A stretch of 56,286 bases of DNA, taken from the NCBI GenBank assembly GCA_043826435.1, contig JBDRQF010000054.1, positions 1 to 56,286 on the forward strand, written 5' to 3'. Positions 47,883-56,286 of this stretch are shown here, in pieces. The position numbers and the translations under genes are program-made. The DNA is from Elusimicrobiota bacterium (lineage in GTDB: Bacteria; Elusimicrobiota; Endomicrobiia; CG1-02-37-114; JAHJSO01). Position 1 is the stretch's first letter, and each line of letters opens with the position of its first letter. Under the pieces are notes generated by a model that worked only from the letters and a program-made list of their open reading frames with translations, had not been told where the DNA came from and did not search any database.

Positions 47883-49016
47883 ATGAAACTGTTTGAATTT
47901 GAAGCAAAAAAAATTTTCAGTGAAAACGGTATAGCCGTCCCCCGGGGAGTAGTCGTAGAAACGTCCGCCGAAGGGCTGGATTTTTTTAACCTCCACAAGC
48001 CCGTCGTATTAAAGGCGCAGGTTTTATCCGGTGGCAGGGGCAAGGCAGGCGGAATAAAATTCGCCGGTACAAAAGATGATTTTGAAAACAACCTCAAAAC
48101 CCTCAGAAACCTGAAAATTAAAAATCTTCCGGTTAAAAAGGTTCTGGTTGAAGAAAAATTAGACATAAAAAATGAATTTTATCTCGGCTACAGCATTTTG
48201 CGCTCCGAGGCGAAGATCGTCCTACTGCTCTCAAAGGAGGGCGGAGTGGAGATTGAAGAACTCGCCAGGGAAAAACCGTCATCCGTCCTGAAACACCAGG
48301 TTGATATTCTGGACGGACTGAAAAAGGAAGAGATGGACGGACTGGCCGGGCAGGCCGGCTTCCCGGAAAGTATAAAAGAAAAGATTGTTGAAACCGCTCT
48401 TTTACTCTACGGCGTTTTCACGAAGTATGAGTGCGCGGTGGCGGAAATAAACCCGCTGGTAGTTACGGGCGACGGCAGGGTTATCGCAGCGGACGCAAGG
48501 GTCTCCATATACGACGAGGCAATCCCAAAACATCCGGAGTATTCCAGAGAAGAGGACGCTTACACCGAACTTGAGAAAAAGGCAAGGAAGCAAAATCTCG
48601 GTTACGTAGAAATGGACGGCAATATCGGGGTCATAGGCAACGGCGCCGGACTGAACATGGCGACGCTGGACATAATCTCCTACTTCGGCGGCAAGCCGGC
48701 GAATTTTCTTGAAGTGTCCGGCAGGACGTACCACAAGGCAAAAGAGGCGCTGGAAATAATTCTTTCAAACCCGAACGTCCGGATAATCTTCGGTAATTTC
48801 TTCGGATGCATATCAAGATGCGACGTAATCGCCCGTGGTATCGCCGAAGCAGCCGGGTCCGGACTGATTAAGGTGCCGATTGTAATCTCTATGAGGGGGA
48901 CGGGCGCAAAGGAAGGAATCCAGACATTAAAAAATGCGGGGCTGAAAGAAATATACGAAGACGACGTTGACGCCGGCGCACACGTCGTCCGGATGTTAAA
49001 AAAGATAACGGGCTAA
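47883..49016 (+). CDS. sucC: Succinate-CoA ligase beta subunit-like (ATP-grasp)
   Basis: L.E.EAK, KAQVLSGGRGKAGG, EINPL, GNGAGL.MAT.D and PANFL. Confidence 0.88.
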   Translation: MKLFEFEAKKIFSENGIAVPRGVVVETSAEGLDFFNLHKPVVLKAQVLSGGRGKAGGIKFAGTKDDFENNLKTLRNLKIKNLPVKKVLVEEKLDIKNEFYLGYSILRSEAKIVLLLSKEGGVEIEELAREKPSSVLKHQVDILDGLKKEEMDGLAGQAGFPESIKEKIVETALLLYGVFTKYECAVAEINPLVVTGDGRVIAADARVSIYDEAIPKHPEYSREEDAYTELEKKARKQNLGYVEMDGNIGVIGNGAGLNMATLDIISYFGGKPANFLEVSGRTYHKAKEALEIILSNPNVRIIFGNFFGCISRCDVIARGIAEAAGSGLIKVPIVISMRGTGAKEGIQTLKNAGLKEIYEDDVDAGAHVVRMLKKITG

Positions 49017-49894
49017 TGGCAATCCTTATAAATAAAAACACGAACGTTCTCATCTCAGGCATAACCGGCAAGGAAGGGACTTTTCATTCCGAAAAGATGC
49101 TGGCGACCGGCACGAAAATTGTCGCCGGCGTTACGCCCGGAAAGGGCGGGACGGCTCACCTGGGCGTCCCCGTATATAACGCCGTAAAAGAGGCGCTGGG
49201 CAATCATAGGATTGACGCCTGCGGTATTTTCGTCCCTGCAAAGTTTGCGATTAGCGCCGCAAATGAGGCAATTCTGTCCGGGATAAAACTCGTCGTCGTC
49301 ATAACGGAAGGAATATGCCCGCACGACTCCCTGAAATTCATCTCCCTGGCAAAAAGAAACAATGTAACCCTGATAGGCCCCAACACTCCGGGGCTGCTGA
49401 CCGCCGGAGAGGGCAAAATCGGCGTGCTTGCGACGGAATACATAAAGAAGGGCAAAATCGGAGTCATCTCAAGAAGCGGAACGCTCACCGTTGAAATATG
49501 CTACTACCTTCTGCGGGACGGTTTCGGGCAAAGCTCCGTTATCGGACTTGGGGGCGACCCGGTCGTCGGAAGCACTTTCAGGGATATATATAAACTTTTT
49601 GAAAATGACGATGACACGCAGGGGGTGGTCGTAATAGGTGAAATCGGCGGCACGATGGAAGAAGAACTCGCCGCCTACATAAAGGACTCAAAAAACAGAA
49701 AACCGACGGTGGCTTTCATCGCGGGACAAAACGTCCCGGCGGGAAAACGTCTTGGACATGCAGGGGCGATAATAGAAGGCAGCGGAGGCACTGCATCTTC
49801 AAAGATTAAGGCATTAAGTGAAGCCGGCGTCAAAATAGCCAAGGTGCCGTGGGAAACCGGAAAACTTATGAAAAACCTTTTGGAACCGGAATAA
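49016..49894 (+). CDS. sucD: Succinate-CoA ligase alpha subunit-like
   Basis: GITGK.G.FH, GVTPGKGG, IGPNTPG, SRSGTL, GGDP, GEIGG and GHAGA (phospho-His). Confidence 0.9.
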   Translation: MAILINKNTNVLISGITGKEGTFHSEKMLATGTKIVAGVTPGKGGTAHLGVPVYNAVKEALGNHRIDACGIFVPAKFAISAANEAILSGIKLVVVITEGICPHDSLKFISLAKRNNVTLIGPNTPGLLTAGEGKIGVLATEYIKKGKIGVISRSGTLTVEICYYLLRDGFGQSSVIGLGGDPVVGSTFRDIYKLFENDDDTQGVVVIGEIGGTMEEELAAYIKDSKNRKPTVAFIAGQNVPAGKRLGHAGAIIEGSGGTASSKIKALSEAGVKIAKVPWETGKLMKNLLEPE

Positions 49895-50043
49895 TCAAAA
49901 CTGCGGCATGCACCTATAACGCCCCCGTTCATCTTTATGCTCTCCACTTTCACCTGCCGAAAGCATCGCCCGCAACCTGTTTCCGCAACTTGTTTCAACC
50001 TCTATTAGTCAAAATTTATAGATTTTACAGGCATTAGTTGCAC

Positions 50044-50072
50044 TTGAAAAATTCCTTTTTTTCTTGTATAAT
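50044..50072 (+). promoter_or_regulatory. Promoter upstream of the tRNA-Ser fragment
   Basis: TTGAAA-17 bp-TATAAT. Confidence 0.65.
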
Positions 50073-50163
50073 AGATACGGATATTCAATCAAGCAACAAA
50101 GATTTATGGATGATTTGCCCGCGTTACAGGGGACAGGTCTAAAATAGGGTTGCGACGACATTT

Positions 50164-50205
50164 GGAGAGGTGGCCGAGTGGCTGAAGGCAGACGCCTGCT
50201 AAGCG
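50164..50205 (+). tRNA. tRNA-Ser(GCT), 5' part only (interrupted; probable attachment site)
   Basis: GGAGAGG TGGCCGAGTGGCTGAAGGCA GACGC CT GCT AA GCG: acceptor 5' strand, D arm and anticodon loop are present. The anticodon stem breaks after 3 bp, and no T arm or 3' acceptor strand follows in the window. Confidence 0.85.
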
Positions 50206-50245
50206 CGCAGAAAATCGGCTTTTACCGGCGAGCTAAAAAAGACTT

Positions 50246-50265
50246 GGTAACCTCTGGGGTAACCT
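50246..50265. repeat. GGTAACCT direct repeat pair (possible integrase arm-type sites)
   Basis: ggtaacct at 50246 and 50258, 40 bp inside the tRNA breakpoint. Confidence 0.45.
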
Positions 50266-50383
50266 TTGATTAGAATTAGTAATCCAATCTATATATGGAC
50301 TCCTCTTTACCCGGCGGCAAATATTCCCTATGCTACGCTACTTTGTTATTGGGGCCGATAGGGATGCATGTTTCACTATACAT

Positions 50384-50487
50384 ACATGTTTCACCAATTG
50401 GTGAAACATGTTATTTTACAAAAACACTTGACAAACCAAATAATTTTTGCTACAATATTGGTGAAAGAGCATATAATGGTGAAACAT
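50384..50487 (+). promoter_or_regulatory. AbiE-like operon promoter with palindromic operator
   Basis: Perfect 28-bp palindrome acatgtttcaccaattggtgaaacatgt (50384-50411); TTGACA-17-TACAAT (50428-50456); further tggtgaaa boxes at 50459 and 50477. Confidence 0.75.
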
Positions 50488-50488
50488 A

Positions 50489-51562
50489 ATGATAGAATCT
50501 GAACTTCAACCAAAGATTACAGAATCACTGGAAAAATTGCTAACAAGCGTTCCGTTTATTCAAATTAATAATAAATCTTTTCAACAACGTTTTGGAGAAT
50601 TTGTTGCTGATGTAGTTTTCAATATTAAAATCAATGGGGATACAGTAAAACTTATTTTGGAAGCTAAATCATCAGGTGAACCACGTCAACTCAGATCTGC
50701 AATTCAACAATTAAAATACTATGGAATAATTGGTGGAATTACACGAGTAATAGAAAACAAGGTATATGGGATTATAGGAGTTCCATATATAAGCGATGAT
50801 TCAGCAAAAATTTGTAAAGAAAACAATATAGGATATATAGACTTGGCTGGAAATTGTTTTATTAATTATGAGAAAATATATATTGAACGGAAAAATTATC
50901 CCAATGGAAATATTAAAAAACGTAGTCTAAGGTCAATCTTTACTCCAAAGGCAAGCAGAATTCTACGTGTAATGCTGTGTAATCCTAAAAAATACTGGCA
51001 GGTTCAGGAATTATCCGAAGAAGCAAAAATAAGTTTAGGTCAGGCTTTTAAAGTTAAGGAGAAACTGCTCAATCTTGAATATGCTAAAGAAGAAAATAAA
51101 ATGATTTCATTGAACAAACCCGAAGACCTGTTGTCAAAATGGTCAGAAAACTACAGTTTCAGAAAAAACAAACTATACGATTATTTTAGTTTTGGAGAAC
51201 CCAAAGGCACTGAACGAAAAATTGCCGAATACTGTAAAAAAAATAATATTGTTTATGCGCTAACGCTTTTTTCCGGAGCTGATTTAATAGCCCCGTATAC
51301 ACGATATACGCGGGCGTTTATATACATCAAAGAAAACATTCCGGAAATCGCAACTTCACTGGAACTGAAGCCGGTTGATTCAGGCCCGAATATTACAATT
51401 CTTGAACCGTACGATGACGGTATTTTTTATGGACTGCAGGAAATCAATGGAATGCGCGTTGTGTGTAATATACAGCTTTATCTTGATTTAGTTAATTACA
51501 AAGGCCGCGGTGAAGAAACAGGGAAGTTTTTGTTTGAGCAGAAAATAAAACCTCAATGGTAG
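50489..51562 (+). CDS. Type IV TA/AbiE antitoxin (AbiEi-like)
   Basis: GYIDLAGN, central wHTH (QELSEEAKISLG), LL..W, YALT.FSGA and C-terminal QLYLDL....GRG.E. Confidence 0.8.
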   Translation: MIESELQPKITESLEKLLTSVPFIQINNKSFQQRFGEFVADVVFNIKINGDTVKLILEAKSSGEPRQLRSAIQQLKYYGIIGGITRVIENKVYGIIGVPYISDDSAKICKENNIGYIDLAGNCFINYEKIYIERKNYPNGNIKKRSLRSIFTPKASRILRVMLCNPKKYWQVQELSEEAKISLGQAFKVKEKLLNLEYAKEENKMISLNKPEDLLSKWSENYSFRKNKLYDYFSFGEPKGTERKIAEYCKKNNIVYALTLFSGADLIAPYTRYTRAFIYIKENIPEIATSLELKPVDSGPNITILEPYDDGIFYGLQEINGMRVVCNIQLYLDLVNYKGRGEETGKFLFEQKIKPQW

Positions 51563-52401
51563 CAAAAAAAGACTATACTGAGCAGGGAATCCAGGCGTGT
51601 TTTTCAGTCCTGTTAGATCTAATGACTGTCCTTGGAGAGTTTCGTGAAAACATTGTTGTTGTCGGCGGAAGCGTCCCACCCTTGCTTATTCCCTCTGCAA
51701 AAGAAAAACATATTGGCACAGGTGATGTGGATATAGCGTTTGATTTTAAACATATAAGGCCGGATACATATAAAACAATATTAAAAATCCTGAAAGAAAA
51801 AGATTATTATCAGAATAAAGAATTTCAACCCTTTGTGTTTTTCAAGGATACCACTGACGAAAAAGGCAATAAAATAACTGTTGAAATAAATCTTTTAACA
51901 AGTGAATACGGCGGAACAGGCAGAGGACATAGACATCAGACAATTCAGGATATTAAAGCAAGAAAAACCAGAGGCGTTGATTTAGTATTTGATAGCGCTG
52001 TAAAAGTTAAGATTTCCGGCAGGTTACCCGGTGGCGCTATGAACGAAGTTACCATCAAGGTAGCATCAATCGGGCCATTTTTAGTCACCAAAGGCATGGC
52101 GCTCTGGGAAAGCAGCAAAGAAAAACATGCTTACGACATTTACTACTGCTGTAAATATTTCCCGGGTGGGGTTGAAACATTATTGCAGTTAATCAAGCCA
52201 ATTACAAACAACAAATTGGCGATAGAAGGATTAAGTAAAATTCGCAGTAAATTTTCTGATATAAATTCCATTGGACCAAGCTGGGTTGTAGATGTACTTG
52301 AAATTTCTAATTCTGAAGAACGTGAACGAATTAAACGGGAAGCATTTGAGTTAATAAACTCTTTAATGGATAAACTTGGAATAAAACCGTTTGAGGAGTA
52401 A
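51556..52401 (+). CDS. Nucleotidyltransferase toxin (AbiEii-like)
   Basis: VVVGG...H.GT.DVD (Pol-beta NTase motif) and K..AL.....EK.AYDIYY; overlaps the antitoxin stop. Confidence 0.75.
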   Translation: MVAKKDYTEQGIQACFSVLLDLMTVLGEFRENIVVVGGSVPPLLIPSAKEKHIGTGDVDIAFDFKHIRPDTYKTILKILKEKDYYQNKEFQPFVFFKDTTDEKGNKITVEINLLTSEYGGTGRGHRHQTIQDIKARKTRGVDLVFDSAVKVKISGRLPGGAMNEVTIKVASIGPFLVTKGMALWESSKEKHAYDIYYCCKYFPGGVETLLQLIKPITNNKLAIEGLSKIRSKFSDINSIGPSWVVDVLEISNSEERERIKREAFELINSLMDKLGIKPFEE

Positions 52402-52408
52402 AATAATA

Positions 52409-53567
52409 TGAAAAACGGAGTTTTTTTGCCAAATTGACCTCATGTGGGCAGCATAACTACTTCTGAAGCCGGTGCGGCTGCCTGCTCGCATACAGCAACA
52501 CGGCTTTTCTGCCAGGAAGCATAGCGTTGCTTTCGTGCAGATAAAAGGTTTTGTTTTCTTTGACTTAAGATCACCTCCTGTTGTCCCGAGATTGCCTGAA
52601 GCGGTGTAACATACTTCAGGGAGCTGTGTGGGTCATTATTGTAAAGTTCAGGGAAGCGTGTAAGCCACTGTACGATATCAGCCACAGTCTTAAAGGAAAG
52701 AGGAACTTCCCTGTGATACTTGAGAGTTTTAGCGAAAGCCTCAATCCAAGACTGGTCATCTGGAGTATGGGGGCGTCCATAGTGTATCGGGGCGCCTAAT
52801 AGGTCTTTGACAGAAATTCTTGTGTAGGAAGCTTTCATTTCAGAGCCTCTGTCAGAATGGGCAATCAGGTTCAGTTCAAGGGAATCCGGCAGACGAGCCA
52901 GAGCTTCGGATACGGTTCTTACGAGGTCACTGGAAGAAACACCGTTTAAGGAATGTCCCACATGAAGCAGGTACCGGTAAGGTAGAACCATTACCGGAAT
53001 AGCCCAGACCGGAACTCCCGATTCCGTAACAAAACGTGTAGCGTCATAGCAAAGAAGGGAAAACCCTTCTTTTAAGAGAGAATGGGCGGAGACATAGGAG
53101 CCATTACTTTTCCTTCGTTTAATCTGCCTGACCAAATGGTCACTCTTGAGGACATTATAGACGGTTGAAAGAGAGGCGAAGAATTTGCCTGATTCATGGC
53201 CGTGGACGAAAATGTGGCTCAGTGGCTTATCCCAGAACTTTTCATCCGAAGCAGTCTGGATGATAGACTCACGCTCTTCAGGAAGAATCCTGTTCCATGC
53301 AGAGCGAGGGACTAATGGTTTTGGGTTAGCCCATCTGCGGAACTTTCTTGGAGTAAGCCTGAATATTTTGCAGGCTTGTTTCTGGGTTAATCCCTGGGAA
53401 ATTGCATCTTTGATAATTTCGACCACGGCTGTTTTGACCTCTTTCTTAAAATGTCCTTTCAGTGAACCTGAAAGTCTTAATTCGTTCTTTTTTGGTGTTC
53501 ATAATTGTTTCCAATGGTGTCCTCCTTAAGGTTGTCTATATTATACAACCTTATTTAAAGTTTTTCA
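52409..53567 (-). mobile_element. IS3-type insertion sequence, apparently lacking most of orfA
   Basis: Ends TGAAAAAC / GTTTTTCA (8-bp IR, TG...CA). Contains a DDE ORF, AAGGAGG RBS and A6G tract. No clear target duplication. Confidence 0.6.
52440..53426 (-). CDS. DDE transposase (rve integrase core; IS3-type OrfB)
   Basis: S.STVY.VL, D(AT), HSDRGSE, IEAF.KTLK and YN..PHSSL.Y.TP. Confidence 0.88.
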   Translation of the reverse strand: MVEIIKDAISQGLTQKQACKIFRLTPRKFRRWANPKPLVPRSAWNRILPEERESIIQTASDEKFWDKPLSHIFVHGHESGKFFASLSTVYNVLKSDHLVRQIKRRKSNGSYVSAHSLLKEGFSLLCYDATRFVTESGVPVWAIPVMVLPYRYLLHVGHSLNGVSSSDLVRTVSEALARLPDSLELNLIAHSDRGSEMKASYTRISVKDLLGAPIHYGRPHTPDDQSWIEAFAKTLKYHREVPLSFKTVADIVQWLTRFPELYNNDPHSSLKYVTPLQAISGQQEVILSQRKQNLLSARKQRYASWQKSRVAVCEQAAAPASEVVMLPT

Positions 53568-53680
53568 AATTTTGCCGGCTCTTAATAGTGAATTAATTGC
53601 TTAACTTGAGGACACTAAGGCTTAAAAACCCGGCAACTAAAGGACCGGGGACGCTGGTGAATAACAAACGAGGATAATTT

Positions 53681-56182
53681 ATGGTAGATTTTAAAGCTAG
53701 GCTTAAAGCACAACAGATTGATACAAAAGTAGACCCTAAAGAGCTATATGATTCATTAGACCGCGCAGTTGACAAAGGGCCACTTCGCCCCGCACAAGAG
53801 TTTATTTTACAGGATTGGTTTGCTAATCATAAAGATGATCGTGATATTATTATTAAACTCCATACTGGACAAGGTAAGACATTAGTAGGATTATTAATGC
53901 TTCTTTCACGATTAAATCAAGGGAAAGGATCTTCATTATATCTTTGTCCAAATAATTACCTTGTTAGTCAGACATGCACGCAAGCTAGTCAATTTGGTAT
54001 CCCATATTGTGAAATAACTAATGACATTCCTCCTGAATTTTATGATGGCAAGAAGTTACTAATTACATCTGTTCAAAGACTCTTCAATGGTCTTTCTAAA
54101 TTTGGAATTGGTTCTCGCAGTATTCCAATTGGAGCGATTTTAGTAGACGATGCACATACGTGCATTGAGTCAATCAGAAATGCTTGCACAATAAAGTTTG
54201 AGAAAAAAGATACGGCATATTCTGAACTAATAACACTCTTTTCAACTGATCTCGAAAATCAAGGTGCAGGGACTTTTGCAGATATAAAAAGTGGTTCTTT
54301 TGATGCAATCCAATGTGTTCCATATTGGTCATGGCAAGATAAACAACCTGAGGTTGTTGAAATTCTAGTCAAAAATAACGATTCTAACAATGTCAAATTC
54401 GCATGGCCGCTTTTAAAAGATAATCTCCAAAATTGCTTTTGCATGTTTTCTGGACAATCTGTGGAAATTTCATCCAGTATTATACCACTCTATCTTTTTG
54501 GTTCTTTTTCAAAAGCTAATCAAAGAATTTTTATGTCTGCTACCTTTTTTGATGATTCGTTTCTTGTGAAAGGTTTTGGGATATCTGAACAAACAATTCG
54601 GAATCCATTATTATATCCAAATGAAAAATGGGCTGGTGAAAAGATGGTATTAATTCCATCTCTTATTGATGAAAAACTAGATCGTTCCGAAATTGTGAAG
54701 TTCATCGCTGAAAGACCATCTAAGAATTTTGGTGTCGTTATTCTGACCAACAGCTTTGCAAGAACGAAAGATTGGAAGGCTTACGGTTGTATCATAGCCA
54801 ACAAAGATGACATAGAAAATCATCTTGATCTGTTAAGGAATGGAAAATTCACAAAACCAATTGTGATTGTAAACCGTTATGATGGTATTGATTTACCAGA
54901 TCAAATGTGTCGTTTCCTTGTTTTAGATTCCAAGCCTTTTCTTGGTTCGCTATTTGATAGATACATGCAGTATTGTCGCACAAATAGTTTAATTATTGAA
55001 AATAAGATCGCCCAAACAATTGAACAAGGGATGGGTCGTGCTGTAAGAGGAGAGAAAGATTATTGTTCGGTAATTCTTATAGGACCAGAGCTAATTAAAG
55101 CAATTCATTCATCAAAATCTCGCAGATTTTTTTCTGTTCAAACAAGAACTCAAATTGAGATTGGTCTCGAAGTCTCTGAAATGGCAAAGGAAGATGTTAG
55201 TGCAGATAGCAGTCAACTTCAAGTCTTCTATAATTTACTTACTCAACTCCTCAAAAGAGACCCGGGTTGGAAAGAATTTTATACCGAAAAAATGAATGCT
55301 ATGACAGTAACCAAAAATACAGGCCAATCTTCACTGGACATCTTACTTCTCGAAAAGCAATCAGATGACTCTTTACTCAGCACTCAATCAGAAAAAGCTA
55401 TTGAACATCTACAGAAAATAATTGATTTAGATATAATGACTGATGATGAGAAAGGGTGGTATTTGCAGGAAATAGCAAGAATTCTCTATCCTACAAGTAA
55501 AACAAAATCAAATACTCTTCAGGTTGCAGCCCATAAAAATAATAGATTTCTTTTAAAGCCGCTGGAAGGTATGCATATAACCAAATTAGAAAAGCTTTCA
55601 CAAAAACGAGGAGAAAGTATTATTAATTGGATAAAAGGATGTGGAAACTTCTCTGATTTACAGCTTGCTATTCAAGAAATACTTTCATGTATAAGTTTTG
55701 GTACGCACGCTTCGCGATTTGAAAAAGCGATGGATCAACTTGGCAAAGCTCTAGGTTTTGAAACTCAACAACCGGACAAAGAATGGAAAGGTGGTCCTGA
55801 TAATCTTTGGTTAGTTGAAGATAATAAATATCTGCTTTTTGAATGCAAAAGTGAAGTTGACCTTAAAAGGGCAGAAATAAACAAAACTGAGACGGGGCAA
55901 ATGAATAATTCAATTGCATGGTTTGAAAGAGAGTATGGACAAAGTAATGCAGTATTCTTTCAAATCATTCCTACAAAAATAATATCTAAAGCGGCAGGCT
56001 ATAGCGGGGATGTTCAGATTGTTCGTGAAAATTCAATTCGTAAACTTAGGAATAATGTGCGTTCGTTTTTTCGGGAATTTGAAAAGCAGAATTTTGATAA
56101 TTTGTCTGTAGATTTTATAAACAATCTTTTGACAATTCATCATCTATGGAGTGAACCCCTAAAACTGGACACGAAAAGTTAG
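53681..56182 (+). CDS. SF2 (DinG/XPD-like) helicase with C-terminal PD-(D/E)XK nuclease, Hna-like; C-terminus clipped by IS
   Basis: LRPAQ, HTGQGKT, DDAH, MSAT, YDGIDLP, EQGMGRAVRG and C-terminal FE...GPDNLW...FECKS. Confidence 0.8.
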   Translation: MVDFKARLKAQQIDTKVDPKELYDSLDRAVDKGPLRPAQEFILQDWFANHKDDRDIIIKLHTGQGKTLVGLLMLLSRLNQGKGSSLYLCPNNYLVSQTCTQASQFGIPYCEITNDIPPEFYDGKKLLITSVQRLFNGLSKFGIGSRSIPIGAILVDDAHTCIESIRNACTIKFEKKDTAYSELITLFSTDLENQGAGTFADIKSGSFDAIQCVPYWSWQDKQPEVVEILVKNNDSNNVKFAWPLLKDNLQNCFCMFSGQSVEISSSIIPLYLFGSFSKANQRIFMSATFFDDSFLVKGFGISEQTIRNPLLYPNEKWAGEKMVLIPSLIDEKLDRSEIVKFIAERPSKNFGVVILTNSFARTKDWKAYGCIIANKDDIENHLDLLRNGKFTKPIVIVNRYDGIDLPDQMCRFLVLDSKPFLGSLFDRYMQYCRTNSLIIENKIAQTIEQGMGRAVRGEKDYCSVILIGPELIKAIHSSKSRRFFSVQTRTQIEIGLEVSEMAKEDVSADSSQLQVFYNLLTQLLKRDPGWKEFYTEKMNAMTVTKNTGQSSLDILLLEKQSDDSLLSTQSEKAIEHLQKIIDLDIMTDDEKGWYLQEIARILYPTSKTKSNTLQVAAHKNNRFLLKPLEGMHITKLEKLSQKRGESIINWIKGCGNFSDLQLAIQEILSCISFGTHASRFEKAMDQLGKALGFETQQPDKEWKGGPDNLWLVEDNKYLLFECKSEVDLKRAEINKTETGQMNNSIAWFEREYGQSNAVFFQIIPTKIISKAAGYSGDVQIVRENSIRKLRNNVRSFFREFEKQNFDNLSVDFINNLLTIHHLWSEPLKLDTKS

Positions 56183-56286
56183 ACAAGCAGGCAGGATCCT
56201 TGATATAATAATATGGGAGGGTCATGCCATGGGAAAACAGAGACGGTTCACAGAAGAGTTTAAGAAACAAGTAGTAATGGAGTTTC
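56147..56286 (+). mobile_element. Left end of an IS3-family element
   Basis: IRL TGGAGTGAACCCCTAAAACTGGACA, internal repeat AAAAGTTAGACA, TATAAT, GGAGG RBS and OrfA start. Confidence 0.85.
56229..56286 (+). CDS. IS3-family transposase OrfA, partial
   Basis: MGKQRRFTEEFKKQVVMEF matches the HTH_Tnp_1 N-terminus (RR(F/Y)T.EFK..V). Confidence 0.85.
   Translation, partial: MGKQRRFTEEFKKQVVMEF

Larger units (their letters stand above)
50206..56286. mobile_element. Left part of an integrative island in tRNA-Ser(GCT)
   Basis: Begins at the tRNA break, is AT-rich and carries Abi-type genes and IS elements. It continues past the window. Confidence 0.7.

Noticed and set aside
47670..48166. ORFs 47670-47996 and 47873-48166 on the minus strand
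   Set aside because: They are antisense to sucC and its promoter and show no recognisable motifs.
614..49998. Numerous long opposite-strand ORFs (e.g. 5434-6120, 10183-10995, 16212-17096, 43595-44548)
   Set aside because: They are antisense shadows of well-conserved genes, with Ser/Pro/Thr-rich composition and no motifs.
50164..50300. tRNA with a group I intron
   Set aside because: The break lies in the 3' anticodon stem, not at the usual anticodon-loop position. No intron core or 3' exon is visible, and protein-coding defence genes follow.
50295..50489. 64-aa ORF upstream of the AbiEi-like gene
   Set aside because: It runs through the operator palindrome and promoter, has no SD and no recognisable motif.

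Overview
The window comes from a diderm, probably anaerobic bacterium; gene content and order suggest Elusimicrobiota or a similar lineage, which is not confirmed. It has four parts. (1) 1-18.5 kb is a minus-strand housekeeping run: ftsA-ftsZ-pilT-pgeF-pheA-hisC-aroF-tyrA-aroA-cmk-plsC-ispH-rpsA, an Omp85/peptidase gene, a PASTA gene and rpe. (2) About 18.6-36.8 kb is an AT-rich defence island. It holds a PLD-SNF2 helicase, two AlbA_2/Schlafen proteins, a type IIG N6-methyltransferase, an HNH nuclease, a RloC-like ABC ATPase, a PD-(D/E)XK protein, Fic, and a TIGR04255/HicB-like/HicA-like trio. (3) 36.8-49.9 kb is metabolic: DEAD-box helicase, AmrB-AmrA fusion, DUF2877, thi4, hppA, nadA, cysE and sucCD-like genes. 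(4) From 50.2 kb a second island interrupts tRNA-Ser(GCT) and carries an AbiE-like pair, an internally deleted IS3-type element, an Hna-like helicase-nuclease and the start of another IS3 element. The most striking structure is not shown by the ORF track. The 'intergenic' DNA of the first island consists of orphan termini of restriction-modification genes: three extra copies of the IIG methyltransferase C-terminal tail, an hsdM tail and two hsdR heads. Each sits next to a different candidate defence cargo gene, and some are translationally coupled to it. This suggests an ordered cassette array that grows downstream of the methyltransferase. All family assignments come from motif recognition by eye, not database searches.
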